A DNA stretch of 64,000 bases from Hormiphora californensis (GCA_020137815.1 CM035357.1:4154001-4218000), one strand, 5' to 3'. Positions 1 through 41,577 are shown, counted from the first letter of the stretch. The notes: a model not told the origin generated them from the letters alone. Numbers and translations are program-made.

Positions 1-706
1 TCTCTATCTCTCTATCTCTCTATCTCTCTCTTCATTTTCCTGTCATAATACCATCTCATTCCTTTTCCATTCTCCCACCTCTCTCTATATTTTCCACGGC
101 TCTGTAATAGTTTGTCATGATACCTATATAGCATTTGAGGGTACTGAGTCGAGAAACAACTGGTGACCTCTTGCTTAACTCACCCTATCTCACTATGACA
201 TGCTCTCGATCTTCCCTTTTCGCCATTCTCTTTAATATTATCATATTATGTGAGACTACTCATAGAATAATGCCGAAGAGTATGGTGATTTGTGATACAT
301 ATATAGGGCCCAAATACAATACTCTCACTCTTAGTGCTCACTTTTTATAGCGGGGTGACTTTGGGTGACTTTGTTATTGAAATTTACACCACTATTACAA
401 ATAAGAGAGAGTGAGAGGGGAGATAGAGAGAGTGAGAGACCGAGTGAGATAGAGAGATAGAGAGATAGAGAGTGAGATAGAGAGATAGAGAGTGAGAGAC
501 GACATAACTACAAAGAAGACCAAGTTCCCAGAGAAAAAAAAGCTACAAATGTTCCAATCTGGTTAGAGAAACAAATCACCTTTTTCCCAAATTTGGTTTT
601 TTCGTGACTTGGCCCAAGCCACAAAAACACTAATATTGAAAGCAGTGTACTGTTGGTACAGTCGGACCCCGATTTGGGTCCGAATGCATACCAACAAGAT
701 CCTTAC

Positions 707-1429
707 GTGATGAGGAGTGATCGCAGAGTTCGTATCTCTCCCTCCAATATTCGTGTTCGACCATGTCTCTCCCCCAGGGCACCTCGCAAGCGAAGGTTTT
801 CATCTTGGAGCCTCCTCATCTCCTAGGTGTATAAAATACGTTTAAGGGAAACAAAATGATGTTTCATTTGCTAGTTATTTGATAGTCGATTATCTAATTA
901 ATAGGTAACATGAATTAAATATGATTTAAGTATTAAGATATCAAATTAAACACGTACGATATCCATGTGGCTAGGAGGACGACCTCCTATCGCGTGGTGT
1001 TGGTCGTGTGGACTTGGTGCCAGGTCGTTCATCCGAAACTTCTCCACATTCTCAAGATGATTGTACTTGATCTGAAATAAAGTACGGCTTAATTAACGAA
1101 TAACTAACGGTAATTATCGGATCATAACTTAAAAACTACATAATAATATATAATGGCATATCAGATTGGTGTCAGATTGAGCTTTTCAATGCTGAAAAGT
1201 GGATAGGGGAACATGGGTTTACAAGCCCTAATTGCGGTTCCATTATCACGGAAACTGCATCCTAACACCATAAATCACCATAAAATGTTAATCTATTAAT
1301 TTAGTTTATCATTATTGGTTATTTGAAAAACCAAATTTCCAAAGATGAGCAACTGTAATATTGCATATAATTATTTACCGCTAGGATCCTTTCCATGTAC
1401 GAGAGAACGTTGTTGCATTCACAGCCCAT
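707..1429 (-). CDS. Partial multi-exon gene, unknown protein with predicted coiled coil; 3' exons not located
   Basis: Exons 1429-1379 (MGCECNNVLSYMERILA), 1071-958 (IKYNHLENVEKFRMNDLAPSPHDQHHAIGGRPPSHMDI) and 822-707 (EMRRLQDENLRLRGALGERHGRTRILEGEIRTLRSLLI) join in frame at GT-AG sites (phase 0,0). The last exon has heptad-like spacing and ends in phase 2 at a GTAAGG donor. Confidence 0.55.
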
Positions 1430-1549
1430 ATCTTAATGCAAGGATAAGTATCTTGGTATAAGCATAATATGTAGTATGACTTAAGATATAAGTTCTAAAG
1501 CATAATAACACATCTTTAAAATAACTGCATGGAGTCCCTCACTTAAAAT

Positions 1550-1658
1550 CAGGAACCGACCGAAACAAGTAAACAACCAATCAGAACTCGTTATTTAGGT
1601 CACGTGACTGGTTATCAGCCAATCAGGGACCAGTATTTCCTGATTCGGTCGGTTCCTG
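1550..1658. mobile_element. 109-bp hAT-like MITE, copy 1
   Basis: TIR CAGGAACCGACCGAA...TTCGGTCGGTTCCTG with perfect 8-bp TSD CTTAAAAT (1542-1549, 1659-1666). CAG termini plus an 8-bp TSD are typical of hAT. Confidence 0.9.
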
Positions 1659-1813
1659 CTTAAAATCAAACTAGGCGTGAATCCAGAAATATATAGGACT
1701 TTAGATGTATTATAGGTTAAATTATAAGGTCAAAACAAATACGTACACCGAGATCAAATTCAGAACAAAATGACAGAGATCAAAATAAGAATCAAAGAAT
1801 ACAATGACAGGGA

Positions 1814-1859
<46 letters not shown>

Positions 1860-2460
1860 TAGATAGAGAGTGAGAGAGAGAGAAAGTCTGAGCGGTTGAG
1901 AGTCTGAGGCAAAAGCAATGCCTTCTTTGGGATAAGTGACGGACGCTTCAAGTCTCGTAGTATGATCCGTTAGGCATATACTTACCAGCTCTAGCCAGTG
2001 CTGCTACTGCTGCACAAGTGTAATCGGACAATGCAACAATGTAAACAATCATGTTTATACTGTTGTTTGGTTGTCACTATTATACTAATCCATGAAGTTC
2101 AAGCTCAAATAGTATAGTGTGACACCCCATCCATATACTAACTGCGTGAGACACCCTAACCACTAACTGCGTGAGAGAGAGGGCAGAGCTTTTTCATCTG
2201 AAATTCTGACAAGAATTCAGTGGAAGTAATCGGGTAGAGAAGCTTAATGGTACAAAGAGAAGCCAGACAGGCTAGGCTCAGACACGTTTCAGAGTTTCAT
2301 TTGTCATGCTCCTTTTCTAACCCCTCAGCTAATAATACAGATCTCCGCGGGTGGTGTTAACAAAATCAGCAATTAGACAATTAGTGAAGTAGGGGAAACG
2401 ACCGCCCCCTAGCCTCTCTCTCCCTCTCCATGGGCGGTTTTACCAAGATCAGCAATTAGT

Positions 2461-2512
2461 GAAGTAGGGGAAACGACCACCCCCTATAGGGGGTGGTCGT
2501 TTCCCCTACTTC
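2461..2512. repeat. Perfect 52-bp palindrome
   Basis: GAAGTAGGGGAAACGACCACCCCCTATAGGGGGTGGTCGTTTCCCCTACTTC; the left half also has a near-identical direct copy at ~2387-2411. Confidence 0.85.
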
Positions 2513-2784
2513 TATAGCCTCTCTCCCTCTCTGCATTGAAAAGTGGTCACTAACTTGAACAAAAGATCTAACATTCTGTTATACATGAACAGTATAATAT
2601 GTACTATGTACTAAAACCAGCATGTATTGTATACGTTGTCTAAACAAATGCAAATATGTAATGTATTTCTTGACTATTCTTGAGTCTCATGATCAGGGTA
2701 ACAGTTCATTTATTAATTCGACAGAAGAAGACTCGCTGGAACAATGAATAAATCCAGCGAGTCTTCTTTTGTCCAATTAATAAA

Positions 2785-3863
2785 TCATGAAAATGAACTC
2801 TAAACAAATACATTTCAAAATCACATATGTTTACCTGCTGATTGAGGGTGGAGTTGTAATTGTATAACTCTTGTTCCGACGTATTCGTCCGTTTCAACTG
2901 GGGACTATGTTGCTGATGTTGCTGGTGTTGCTGATGTTGCTGGTGTTGGGCGCTGTGTTGTTGATCCCGATGCTGGGAGTTTTGTTGATGCTGATCCCGA
3001 TGTTGCATGTCATCCTCTTCGTGGTGACTTCGTGATGAACTCTAAACAAATACATTTCAAAATCATAGTACAAAGTGAAACAAGCGGTTTCAGAGAACTA
3101 CAATTGTTTCAATACAAATTAATGCATATCATCAGGTACAAAATCACATATGTATACCTGCTGATTGAGGGTGGAGTTGTAATTGAATAACTCTTGCTCC
3201 GAGGTATTCCTCCGTTTCATCTGGGGGCTGTGTTGCTGGGGACTATGTTGCTGATGTTGATGATGTTGGGAACTGTGTTGCTGATCCCGATGCTGATCCC
3301 GATGTTGGGAACTGTGCTGGTGCTGATCCCGATGTTGGGAACTGTGCTGGTGCTGGTGTTGGGTACTATGATGCTGATCCCGATGTTGCATGTTATCCTC
3401 TTCGTGGTGACTCTCAGCGTCAACTGACCCTCCACGATGCTGTAATATATGAAGGGGTAAATAGGAAAGTTCTTAATTTGTCATGTGGAATATAATATTC
3501 CCGGTAGTCACGTCAGAGGACTATAATTCAAAGTTCTGACGTGTCAATACCATGGGTCAAAGCTTCAGCTCCTAAAATGAGAAATAAAGATCGGACAGAC
3601 GAATAAGCAAATTGGATATATGCAGCTACACATTCTTCAAATGTCCCTTTTAATCAGAAATACAGAGGTTAAACGAAAAAGCACACGTTTACTCACCTTG
3701 GCCGTCTCAAGGGCCTTAGTTATGAACATGTGATGGTTAGCCAGGATATTAAGAACCCCTGAAGACTGCCCGGCCCGGAATTGCTGCTGGAGATAGTGTT
3801 GATGTTGTTCTGGTGTCTGGTCTTCCTCGAATACCTCCACAAAGACCAGAGAATCTTCCGATC
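2785..3863 (-). CDS. Partial gene (3' exons) encoding a Gln/His-rich low-complexity protein with a duplicated exon
   Basis: Exons 3863-3697 (SEDSLVFVEVFEEDQ...LETAK), 3439-3158 (HRGGSVDAESHHEEDNMQHRDQ...NQQ), 3041-2835 (SSSRSHHEEDDMQHRDQ...NQQ) and 2799-2785 (SSFS*). All junctions are GT-AG phase 0. Minus-strand AATAAA lies near 2710. The last intron would be only 35 nt. 5' exons were not found. Confidence 0.6.
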
Positions 3864-3886
3864 CTATGAAAATTAATTAGTTAATA

Positions 3887-4484
3887 CTAGTAGGCCCGTT
3901 CGCCCTACGGGCGAATTTCGGGGAAATGATAGCTGGATTAGGGAACGCTGACATCACCTGCACCATCCGTTCCTAGCCTATCTCTCACTTTCTCCCTACT
4001 CATGTTGGTGTACGCTCTGGGCTTCCTGACAATGTCGAGGTGCGAAGTTAAGAGATCAATGTCATGGAGGTGCAGTGCTGTTCCAGAAACTCATCACGTG
4101 AAAACTTGGCCGCTATGTAGCCGATTTGGAGATTTCTATATTCGACTGGAGTAATCACCCTTGGGCGACTTTGGGTAAAGCTATCCGTAGTCGTTGATTG
4201 GCTCGCTTGAACACGTTGGCGTAATCTGTCATATTCTCTAGCCTGCTCCCTGACAGCAGCAGTTCTCCTGGACCTAGATAAACGTTGCCGAATAGCACTT
4301 TGGGTGGAAGAGCTAGACATCAGGACAGAAGTAAAAGAATGCACGTGCAGAATTGAATTTCCCCTTGGTACCCAACTGCAACTGGGAGAGAGGTCTCCAC
4401 TCTCCAGGTCCCTCTAATAATTGCACGTGCAAGTGTAGTTGCTAGGTGACCTCCGTTACACAATTTGCTTAGTAAGTAGTATGA
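3887..4484 (-). mobile_element. Non-autonomous Helitron, copy 1
   Basis: On the minus strand: 5' TC (TCATACTACTTAC), 3' CTAG preceded by hairpin GCCCGTAGGGCGAACGGGC, inserted at A|T with no TSD. A close second copy is at 11558-12136. Confidence 0.85.
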
Positions 4485-4490
4485 TATATA

Positions 4491-5310
4491 CAGTCGGACC
4501 CCGATTTAACGGCACCCTCGGGGGAAAGGGTTTTGTCCGTTAAATCGGGGTGTCCGTTAAATCGGGGTAGAGCATATTTGGCCCTATTTTTGTCCAAAAT
4601 GCTATACTAAAACACCTCTAAGTAAATGCAATGTCCATGTATTGATTACATGATCATTTCTGATTAGAAAAAAGAAAATAATTTCAACAAATTTCAAAAA
4701 AAAGTTGTAAAAATTTTCTAAGGTATGTACTAGGTATATCAACCACGTCCGAATCGTTGTTCGAATCAGTGCATCTTATCGCATGTCTTGCTGCTAATTA
4801 GACGGTTCGAAAAGAACCGATACGTGATACCATGCCGAATCGGGGCACTTTAAGCGGGGTTTGGACGAATTTGAATTTCAAAATATATTTTTCTCTGAAA
4901 ATTCATGGGGATTACCGATCAAAGCATTGACAATCATTCTGTAAAATTTTGCTAAAAAATTTATGAAAATTTTTCAAAGGTATATCAACCACGTCCGAAT
5001 CGTGATACGAATCAGTGCATCTTATCGCACGTCCTGTCGCTAATTAGACGGTTCGAAGCGAACCGATACGTGATCCCCATGGGCCAGTTTAACAATTAGC
5101 GTCAAAGTTTCGATTCGATGGGCCTCATGGGGATCACATATCTGTTCGTTTCGAACCGTCTAATTACCGGCAAGACATGCAATAAGATGCACCGATTCGA
5201 AACACGATTCGGACGTGATTGAAATTTTCAAAAAATTTTTGGGGGAAATTTATCCTGCCGTTAAATCGGGGTGCCGCTAAATCGGGGGCCGTTAAATCGG
5301 GGGCCGACTG
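4491..5310. mobile_element. Tc1/mariner (pogo-like) MITE
   Basis: TA|CAGTCGGACCCCGATTTAACGG...CCGTTAAATCGGGGGCCGACTG|TA. Related ends occur at ~659, ~12330-12400, 41578-41617 and ~53626. Confidence 0.85.
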
Positions 5311-5859
5311 TATAGCATAAGTAAGCATTGATGTTATGTTAAAATGCTAATCCTGTCTAAGATTTCTTTCAACTTTTATAGGGTTCCGGACTGAAATTCG
5401 AATGGACGATAGCTTGAGCTCGAACTCCAGGTAAGTTACAATCCTGGAGCCCTTTTATATGGGAAAAATTTATTTCCATAGAAGATTTAAGTTTATAAAC
5501 GGAACTTTTTTGACACATTTCTCATGCTAGATTGCTAAATATCGGGATCTGATAAGGTTCAAATTTTATATAATCAACAAATAAGGTATATATTAATTAA
5601 TATCTCGAAAAGTCTCAGGGTTGTCGACCCTAAAGTTATGGTAACCATCAGCTAATAATACAGATCTCCGCGGGTGGTGTTACCAAGATCAGCAATTAGA
5701 CAACCTGATAAGGTTCAAATTTTATATAATCAACAAGTAAGGTATATATCTCGACAAGTCTCAGGGTTGTCGACCCTAAATTTATGGTAAATGTGTCAAA
5801 AATTTAAAAGATGGCAGCAAAAGATATTCCGTTCGAAAATTATATTTAAAGTAAAAGTA

Positions 5860-6957
5860 CCGCGTGGCCCAAATTAAAGGGAGGGTACGTTGGCCTTCTT
5901 TTCACCCAGAAGTTTAATTGCAATCACTCTGATATTTTGACACAATGTCTGCATGGTTACTCATTCGAGGAATCCGAAGTGTCAGCCCTCTGGATAAAAG
6001 TTCATTTTTTTAGACCGAATGAACATTGAATGAACACCAATATGGGACCATATTTCGGTACCAAAGTTTCACAAATTTGTTTGGCTATCGATTTCCTTTC
6101 GAATGGGACCAATTTGAGCTTAATTGGATCACCACAAGAATCACAGTGATCCGTTTTCTAAGCCTAGGGTAAGTCATGTGATCCCCATCAAATTATGACG
6201 TGTTAGCAAGAGAGCTTACATTTTAACGGATGCTGTATCGGTACACCATCCTCATTAGCAGACGTGATACGTGATACTCGACCGTTAAACCTGCTTATTG
6301 GCACTTACTAATAGTAATGACGCTATCGTCTCATTAGGTGTCAGATGACCAAACCTAGGGTTAGATAACTAGAAACTGTGTCTCTTGTGGTGGTCCAATT
6401 GAGCTAAAATTAGTCGCGTTTGAAAGGAAATCGATACCCGAAGGCGACTGTGAAATTCCGGTTCCAAAAAGCATTCCTGTTTTCAAGTTCATTCAGGATT
6501 CATTCCAGTCGGAAAAATGAATTTTAAGATAGAGAGCTTAAATTCCGGCTAACATCAAAATTGATCAAGTGTAGTGGCCGTACAGATTTTTAGCGCCTGA
6601 ATTTACCGATTTCTGGTCAAAACAGGTCAAAATCGATGTTTGGTAAAAAAATCATCTTTAAATAACTTATTTCACCCACTAAACTTGATTCAATTTTAAT
6701 AAAAATGCAGATTGTCATTTGTTGATACTTGCTCTATTGTATGGCGGTTTTTAAAATAATAAAATCGAATTTAATCAAGAGAAAACCTCAAAAAACCCGA
6801 AAAACGAAAAATTGAGTTCAACTTATATGATTTGAAACTTCGGATTCCTCGAATGAGTGCCCAACTAGACTTTGTGTCAAAATATCAGAGTGATTGAAAT
6901 TAAACTTCTGGGTGAAAAGAAGGCCAACGTACCCTCCCTTTAATTTGGGCCACGCGA
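5860..6957. mobile_element. Non-autonomous TIR element with ~120-bp TIRs and an older internal inverted repeat
   Basis: CGCGTGGCCCAAATTAAAGGGAGGGTACG...GGAATCCGAAGT (5861-5980) is inverted at ~6837-6956. A degenerate inner inverted repeat pairs ~6000-6170 with ~6350-6530. The left flank is TA; the right flank is mutated. Confidence 0.75.
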
Positions 6958-7214
6958 TGCCGTGGTGCTGATCTCCTATTACGAATGGCGTTCAACGAAG
7001 GTCCATTTTTGGTACAGATTTCTCTGCAGCATAGTTCGAGCGCCACCCCAAGCAGGCAACCTTATTGGTTAGATATGCACCGTCTTTGTGAAACTCTCGA
7101 AAGAGCCTCTACCAATCATAGCTTGGCGGTCTAGGTAGCATTGCGCTAGTCCAGGCCCGAACCTGTGACCTAGCGCGTGGAAGGCGAGTGCACTGGCCAC
7201 TACACCACCCTGCC
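6958..7214 (-). mobile_element. tRNA-Gly(TCC)-derived SINE-like element or tRNA pseudogene
   Basis: Minus strand GGCAGGGTGGTGTAGTGGCCAGTGCACTCGCCTTCCACGCGCTAGGTCACAGGTTCG has an A box (TGGTGTAGTGG), a CTTCCAC anticodon loop and a GGTTCG B box, but the stems are broken. 26 bp of the head is tandemly duplicated (7193-7244). The extent of the body is a guess. Confidence 0.55.
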
Positions 7215-10200
7215 ACCTCTGGCCACTACACCACCCTGCCACCTCTGGTATTAAATAATATTTATACTAAGTTATTGAACTTCAACCACTAACGATTGGT
7301 CACTTGCGATACGTATTATGGCTAAAAAAAGGATCTACGGCCTGAGTTAGAGGTTTTTTTGCTTAAAAAACTTTGAGTAACGGAAACATTTCGATTACAT
7401 AAATTACCTGAGTGACAGGAGATGTTGCCGTCAGTAGTATTGGTGGAATAGCTTCGTGGGGAGGGCCGCCGCAGACTTAAATCATTGAATAACGTAGCTC
7501 TGTCAGCCATTCACTGATCGTGCTTAACTTGCTAGAAATAAACGCAATTAATCTAAGTAAAAAAATTATAGTTGAATCCAAATCAAATTAAATGCCAGAG
7601 AGCTATTTTAAGTATCCCGCGCTCCGTATAATGAGTTTCTAAGAATTGTCAACGTACTTTTCAAGTGGTGGCCTGACAGCTGCGTTTGTGATTGAACAAG
7701 ATCAAGAGAGATTCTCCCTCTATATAATGAGAGCACCTACATCAACATATATATTGACTTTACTTGTTCAAACCCACAAGAGAGTATGAATAATACAAAG
7801 GCAGCCATGTACATTTTCTATTCAAGAGACGGGGGACCGGGGCTTCGTCAGTTTTTTAAATCTAGTTATATCTTCCTTATAAAATTTCCTGAATGCGTTG
7901 GAAAGATCCTCCAAAGATATCTTAAGGCAACCGGGATAGAGTTAATCTTTCGAGAAACAAAAAAGTTTCAATAGGGGTGGTGGTTTTTTTTGACAAAAAC
8001 TCCGGGAAACAAAGTTTTACGACATCTGCACTGCTATAATACACATAACAGCTCTACTAAAAGCTAACTAGACTCAACACACTACAAGCATGTTTCCAGC
8101 CATTCCTAATTGAACATCCGGCTCTGTACTTGAGAGGTGAACGTGAGAGTGAAAGTGTATATTCGAGAATGCGACGAAGCAAGTTAATCGGAAGTTTTTA
8201 CGATACAAAAACTTCGATAACTTGATTCGGTTCTATAGAACGATATAACGTTAATTCTAGTATTTAATAAATATTTGTTACTAAGAAAGTCTAAAGTTCT
8301 TAGAAAAAATTGTTGTATTCTAGCCCTCCTTTACATTTGTAAAAAAGTCGAGCTATAGGGCATAGGCAAAGAAAATAGATGCCACTATTACAATTGTATA
8401 TTAAAAGTCACAAAGAGAAAAGCAAGTTATAATTATACATATATTAAAAGTCACAAAGAGTTATTAAAAGTCAATTTTATTAAAATTGATACCTTTTAAA
8501 AAGAATGAAACAATGGCTTTATGTCTTTACTGGCGAGAGACAGTGGCATCAGGCGATTCTGGTAAATCTATTAAAGTCTTTGAGTCGCTAAGAGCGTGAT
8601 CAAGCAATTTATACCCACCGTATTGGACTATTGACTATGTATGGGTGCGATTTTCTCTTCCTTCTCTCTATCTATCCATCTATCTATGTCCCATTTCTCA
8701 CCACGCTCACCCGCGACGCAACAGTGAAGCAAGCTTCTCATAAAGTAATGGTTATTGGACGGCAGTAAGCTTTGACACAGGCACATGGTGTGAGAGAGAG
8801 AGTGTGTGCGAGTGAGAGTGAGAGTGAGAGAAAGGCCACGGATAACCGATCCGTGATAGAACAACCTGGGAGATGGGAGTAGATTTCATGTGTTGCCACG
8901 CTTGATATTAGTCTCATCTTCAGTAGTTGATGAGAGTAGAGCCAGATAATTCTATCTGTACACAATTCGTTATGGAATTTTCTGGCTCAATTCCCTAGGC
9001 CCTGAATTTCACTTAACTCGCCTGAAAAACAGAAAGCCAGAGAAGGCGAAAAGGACGAGGGAGAGATGGAGAGGAAGAGGAAGAGATGGAGTTCGATGTT
9101 ACTTATAATGCTTGGATGATAGGCTGCACAATGCACATAAGCATCCATAAACTTTTCACAACAGAAATTTACCATATATATATGACAGGCTCTATGTAAT
9201 GATGGAAACTGGACGTGACGGGGTAGACCGCTTTCTAACTGCTACCTTCCTGACTTCCTTCAACAGTGATCCATCATCTTTACCCCATCTTTAAACAGTT
9301 TAAAACTCGTTCCAGAGTAAAATACGTTGAACCCAAGTTTAGTGAGAAACGCTGACGTGAAAAGAAGAAGAAAAAAAAGCGCTCAAGAAAGAAATGGGGG
9401 GCAGCTGTCAAAGAAGACAAACTTGGCTAAAAGGTAGAGAAGTTTAATGCTTTAACGAGGCTATGACCTCTAAATATAAATGATAACCCCGTATGAGGCT
9501 GTGATGTTTTGGGTAAATATATCCCAAGTTAAACACATGTCAAAGTGGGCACCCAAGCGATACTGTTCTATTTTCGTATACAATGAATAGACTGTAGACG
9601 AAACCGTCTGTTAGTTCTTTCATGTATTACAAAATAAACTTCGAGTCGTCTTCAGTCCTTAATGAACAGTGTTTAAAGAACTACCTGAAACTCAAATCGT
9701 GCAACTCAAAAAGTCAAAAGCAGCCTGCGATTGGTCATAGTCAACATAGGAATGAGGTTTTGATATAATAATAATGATAAGACACTAAGACGTAATTTAA
9801 AGATAAATTTAAATTATATTATGAATCGAGGGAAACTTATTGACTGTGATGGTTTAAATGATAATGGATATTAGAAATAACAACGAAATCTCTAAAATTT
9901 TAAAAGGATGCTAAAAGGTTTTATAAAACTGATTTAAAACCTCACATATCATACCGTACTTAGTGATGTCCTCTGTATCTTAATGATCGCTGAACCCTGC
10001 CAATCACAACAGCGCTCCCTCTCTCTCTCACACACTCTCTCTACCCACGCACTCTAGATATATATCTGTCTTTCTTTATCTGTTATATATCAATGCCTCT
10101 CTCCCATCACAGCAACACTGGTCGCCAAAGCAAGAACAGTTCTACTACTACACACACAACGGTCTCTTTGATTAATATGAAACAGACACACGAACAAACA

Positions 10201-10523
10201 GACATGGACGCTCTGTAGCACATGCTCATATATAATGTGAAGATATATAGTACATTAACCCTCAAGAAAGTCAATATAATATATAATATTGACACATACA
10301 ATATGTGGGGAAATAAAAGTTATCGATGTGATGTGCTGTGATTCAATGTTTCGGGATTAGGATTGATTCAGATCCCCCGTTCTAACGAAAGAAGTTATTT
10401 TTAAAATAGAAATTATAGCTCGAGTAGTTCAGAGGTTATGTAGTATTTTAAAATAATGACCGGTTTCCGAAATTCTGCCTTAAAGTTTCTGAACAAATTT
10501 TATGCAGTATGAATGTAGAGAAA

Positions 10524-11178
10524 GGGGGACCACATACAGCACCGGTGCGAACTCCAGAACGTCGCACCACATACTGTCGGTGGAAACTTCAGTACAGTGA
10601 GTGTATGTGGTGCCTCTTACTGAACAATCAATAAAAAACCTTCAAAACAAGCTAAAAACACGTAATTTTTTGTGAAATATCTTCCTCTCACTAATACCGA
10701 ACTCTCTCTACCTCCTTTTCTCTCTCTTGTTATGTTTATCTCCACTTATCTCTCTCTTATCTTTCCCGATTGCAGCACATATTTTCTCGATATGTCGGAT
10801 AATCTCGCTCTTGTTCTAGGTGTGGCCCTTTCTGTCGTAGTGAGAGTGCGTGCGCCTCTTATTGGTTGCTGTGGTGTGGGTGTGTGTGTGTATTGTGAGA
10901 TGCAGGTCTGTCATTGGCTAGTGCGCGCACGTGACCCCCACGTGACCTTTCAGTTCAGTACGAAGAGCACATACAGCACCGTACTGATCTTTTCTGAGCT
11001 AAGCTCACGTGAGATTGTGTACTGATAGTCCCACCGATATTTATCAGTAAGAGGCACCACATACGGCAGTGCGTACTGGAGTTTGCACCGAAAGTGTTGT
11101 ATGTGCTAGTGAGAACTGAAGTTAGAGGCACCACATACGGCGGTGCGAATTTCAGTACAGTGCTGTATGTGGTCCCCC
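10524..11178. mobile_element. MITE, possibly PIF/Harbinger-like
   Basis: TIR GGGGGACCACATACAGCAC...GTGCTGTATGTGGTCCCCC flanked by AAA/AAA, with internal repeats of the CACATAC(A/G)GCA motif. Confidence 0.7.
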
Positions 11179-11557
11179 AAATAGAATATATGCGATTGGT
11201 TGAAGAAATGAGGAAGTAGTTATACTGTGACTAAAATATTTGAGTAATAAGACATAACCAGCACGCTGTTCTCCCCTGTGATGGTGGATAGAAAGATATG
11301 ATTCTGACTTCTGAGAATCATAGACGGTTTTCTGAGTAGAATGGCGTTTCCGGCATCTCGGACCAGTCACCATTATTTTCCGATTGAATGCCTGCAATGA
11401 AACATTGAAACACAGGCTGTAAACGAGACCTTTCTTTTCGTTGGGTGAGTTTGGAGAAAAACATGATTTAAAAACACCATTCTCGATAATTCATTGTTGA
11501 AGCTGATTGAATCATTAAATCCATTACTATTACCACTTCCAATTACCATTATGTTAA

Positions 11558-12136
11558 CTAGTAGGCCCGTTCGCCCTACGGGCGAATTTCGGGGAAATGG
11601 TAGCTTGATTAGGGAACGCTGACATCACCTGCACCATCCGTTCCTAGCCTATCTCTCACTTTCTCCCTACCCATGTTGTTGTATGCTATGGGCTTCCTGA
11701 CAATGTCAAGGTGCGAATTTAAGAGATCAATGTCAGGGAGGTGCAGTGTTGTTCCCAGTTCCAGAAACTCATCACGTAAAAACTTGGCCGATTCGGAGAT
11801 TTCACCCTTGGGCGACGTTGGGTAAAGCTATCAGTAGTCGTTGATTGGCTCGCTTGAACACGTTGGCGTAATCTGGCATATTCTCTAGCCTGCTCCCTGA
11901 CAGCAGCAGTTCTCCTGGACCTAGTTTAGATAAACGTTGCCTAATAGGCAATAGCGCTTGGGGTGGAAGAGCTAGACATCAGGACAGAAGTAAAAGAATG
12001 CACGTGCGGAATTGAATTTCCCCTTGGTACCCAACTTCAACCGGGAGAGAGATCTCCAGGTCACTCTAATAATTGCACGTGCAAGTGTAGTTGCTAGGTG
12101 ATCTCTGTCACACAATTTGCTTAGTAAGTAGTATGA
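11558..12136 (-). mobile_element. Non-autonomous Helitron, copy 2
   Basis: Same A|TC...hairpin-CTAG|T structure as 3887-4484, with several indels. It ends ~370 bp upstream of the GALK2 ATG. Confidence 0.85.
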
Positions 12137-12503
12137 TGTAGTTCACTGAGACCTGACTTTAATTGATTCAAGAATGTTCTTATAGAACAATGAATATACC
12201 CCCTTCCTCCACACATACCTCATGAAGATGCGTCTACACACAGTAACTTCAATTTTGTGTGCACTTTGAGTGTCCCTTTAATTTTACTATACCTTTAATT
12301 TTACCATACGGTGGTATCTTTGAAGGTACGGCTGGACCCCGATTTGCCAGACACAACCCTTTTCCCCGAACATCCCGGTAAATCGGGGTCCGAATCTGCA
12401 GTAGATAGTGTAAAATGTAAATTGTAAATTGTAAATTGTTATTAATTGCACTGTTACTGAATTAACACATCTTTAATTCCCATTCTAGCAAGGCCAATTA
12501 GCT

Positions 12504-40421
<27,918 letters not shown>

Positions 40422-40441
40422 TGCAACTTATATTTTAATTA

Positions 40442-41168
40442 GGGTAGAAAGGGGTAAAATGGCACACTTTCTAACGTTTTAGGTTCGAAAATACTCAATT
40501 TATACAGCAAGAAGAAAAAAAATTATATAGGCTATCCAATGAAACGTTTTCCTTTCAGACGAGCTAAATTTTAAAATCTGAAAGTTTTATTTAATAGCTT
40601 AATTAATCAATTCAAAAAGTTTGGTAGGGCTTTTTTTGGAAATTTTGCACTGCAGGGTAAAATGGTCCAGCCAATAGCATTGCTCGATTTTTATCACGTG
40701 CATGGTGTTGTTAGAGCACTGGGGTAAAATGGTCCATGTTATCTTCAGTAATTTCTGTTCTGCTGGACCATTTTACCCCAGTGTGCTGGACCATTTTACC
40801 CCAGTTGGTATCACGTGGTATTGGAGGCTCGATTTCATTGGTCCCAGGGTGAACCATTTTACCCCAGCGAGGGTGAACCATTTTACCCCAGTTTGACTAA
40901 TTTGACAATTTAATCAACTTAATAGTGGGTTTTTTGAAAAATTTTTATACCAAGTTTTAGAAGGATAAAAACCCTAACTGGCAGTTTTTGCAAAATTAAA
41001 ATCGGCCAACTCAAACAGAATTTACAGCAGTTTTAAAGCAAAAATTCGGAACAGAACGAGCAGGTCTCCGCTGGAGAAAAAGTCACGTGACTACATGTAA
41101 TAACTAGGACCATTTTACCCCATACATGTGCCATTTTACCCCGTGTGCCATTTTACCCCTTTCTACCC
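40442..41168. mobile_element. MITE inserted 20 bp downstream of the GALK2 stop codon
   Basis: TA|GGGTAGAAAGGGGTAAAATGGCACAC...GTGTGCCATTTTACCCCTTTCTACCC|TA, with multiple internal CCATTTTACCCC motifs. Confidence 0.85.
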
Positions 41169-41577
41169 TAGTGGAACTATTATATTATCGAGGGGATGAA
41201 CTGTTTTATGCTATGTTTTATTGCGATAAGCTGGTTCGTGTTTTTATCTTTTAGATTTGTTCTGATTCATGGTAATTGCTCTTTTAATTTTGATGTTCTA
41301 CTTATAGAAATATAAGATACTGTTGTAGAATTGGGAAAATAGACAGAGCAGTGGACAGATCAGGTACATCAGTTACACAGCTCAAACCTCCCAAAATACG
41401 AATAAGCTGTTGTAGAATTCTTTGTAGTTGTACGACGTTTTTTTGCCCTAGTTAGAAGGTTTATTGTGAAAGAAACGACATATAGATATAATAGCTTAGA
41501 TAGATAGATAGATGACAGCTTTTAAATTTTTTGACAGGTCAAACTCATACTTCGATTTTTCGGAGTTTGAGTGTGTA

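Noticed and set aside
7142-7214. Functional tRNA-Gly gene
   Set aside because: Acceptor, anticodon and T stems do not pair properly; kept only as SINE-like or pseudogene.
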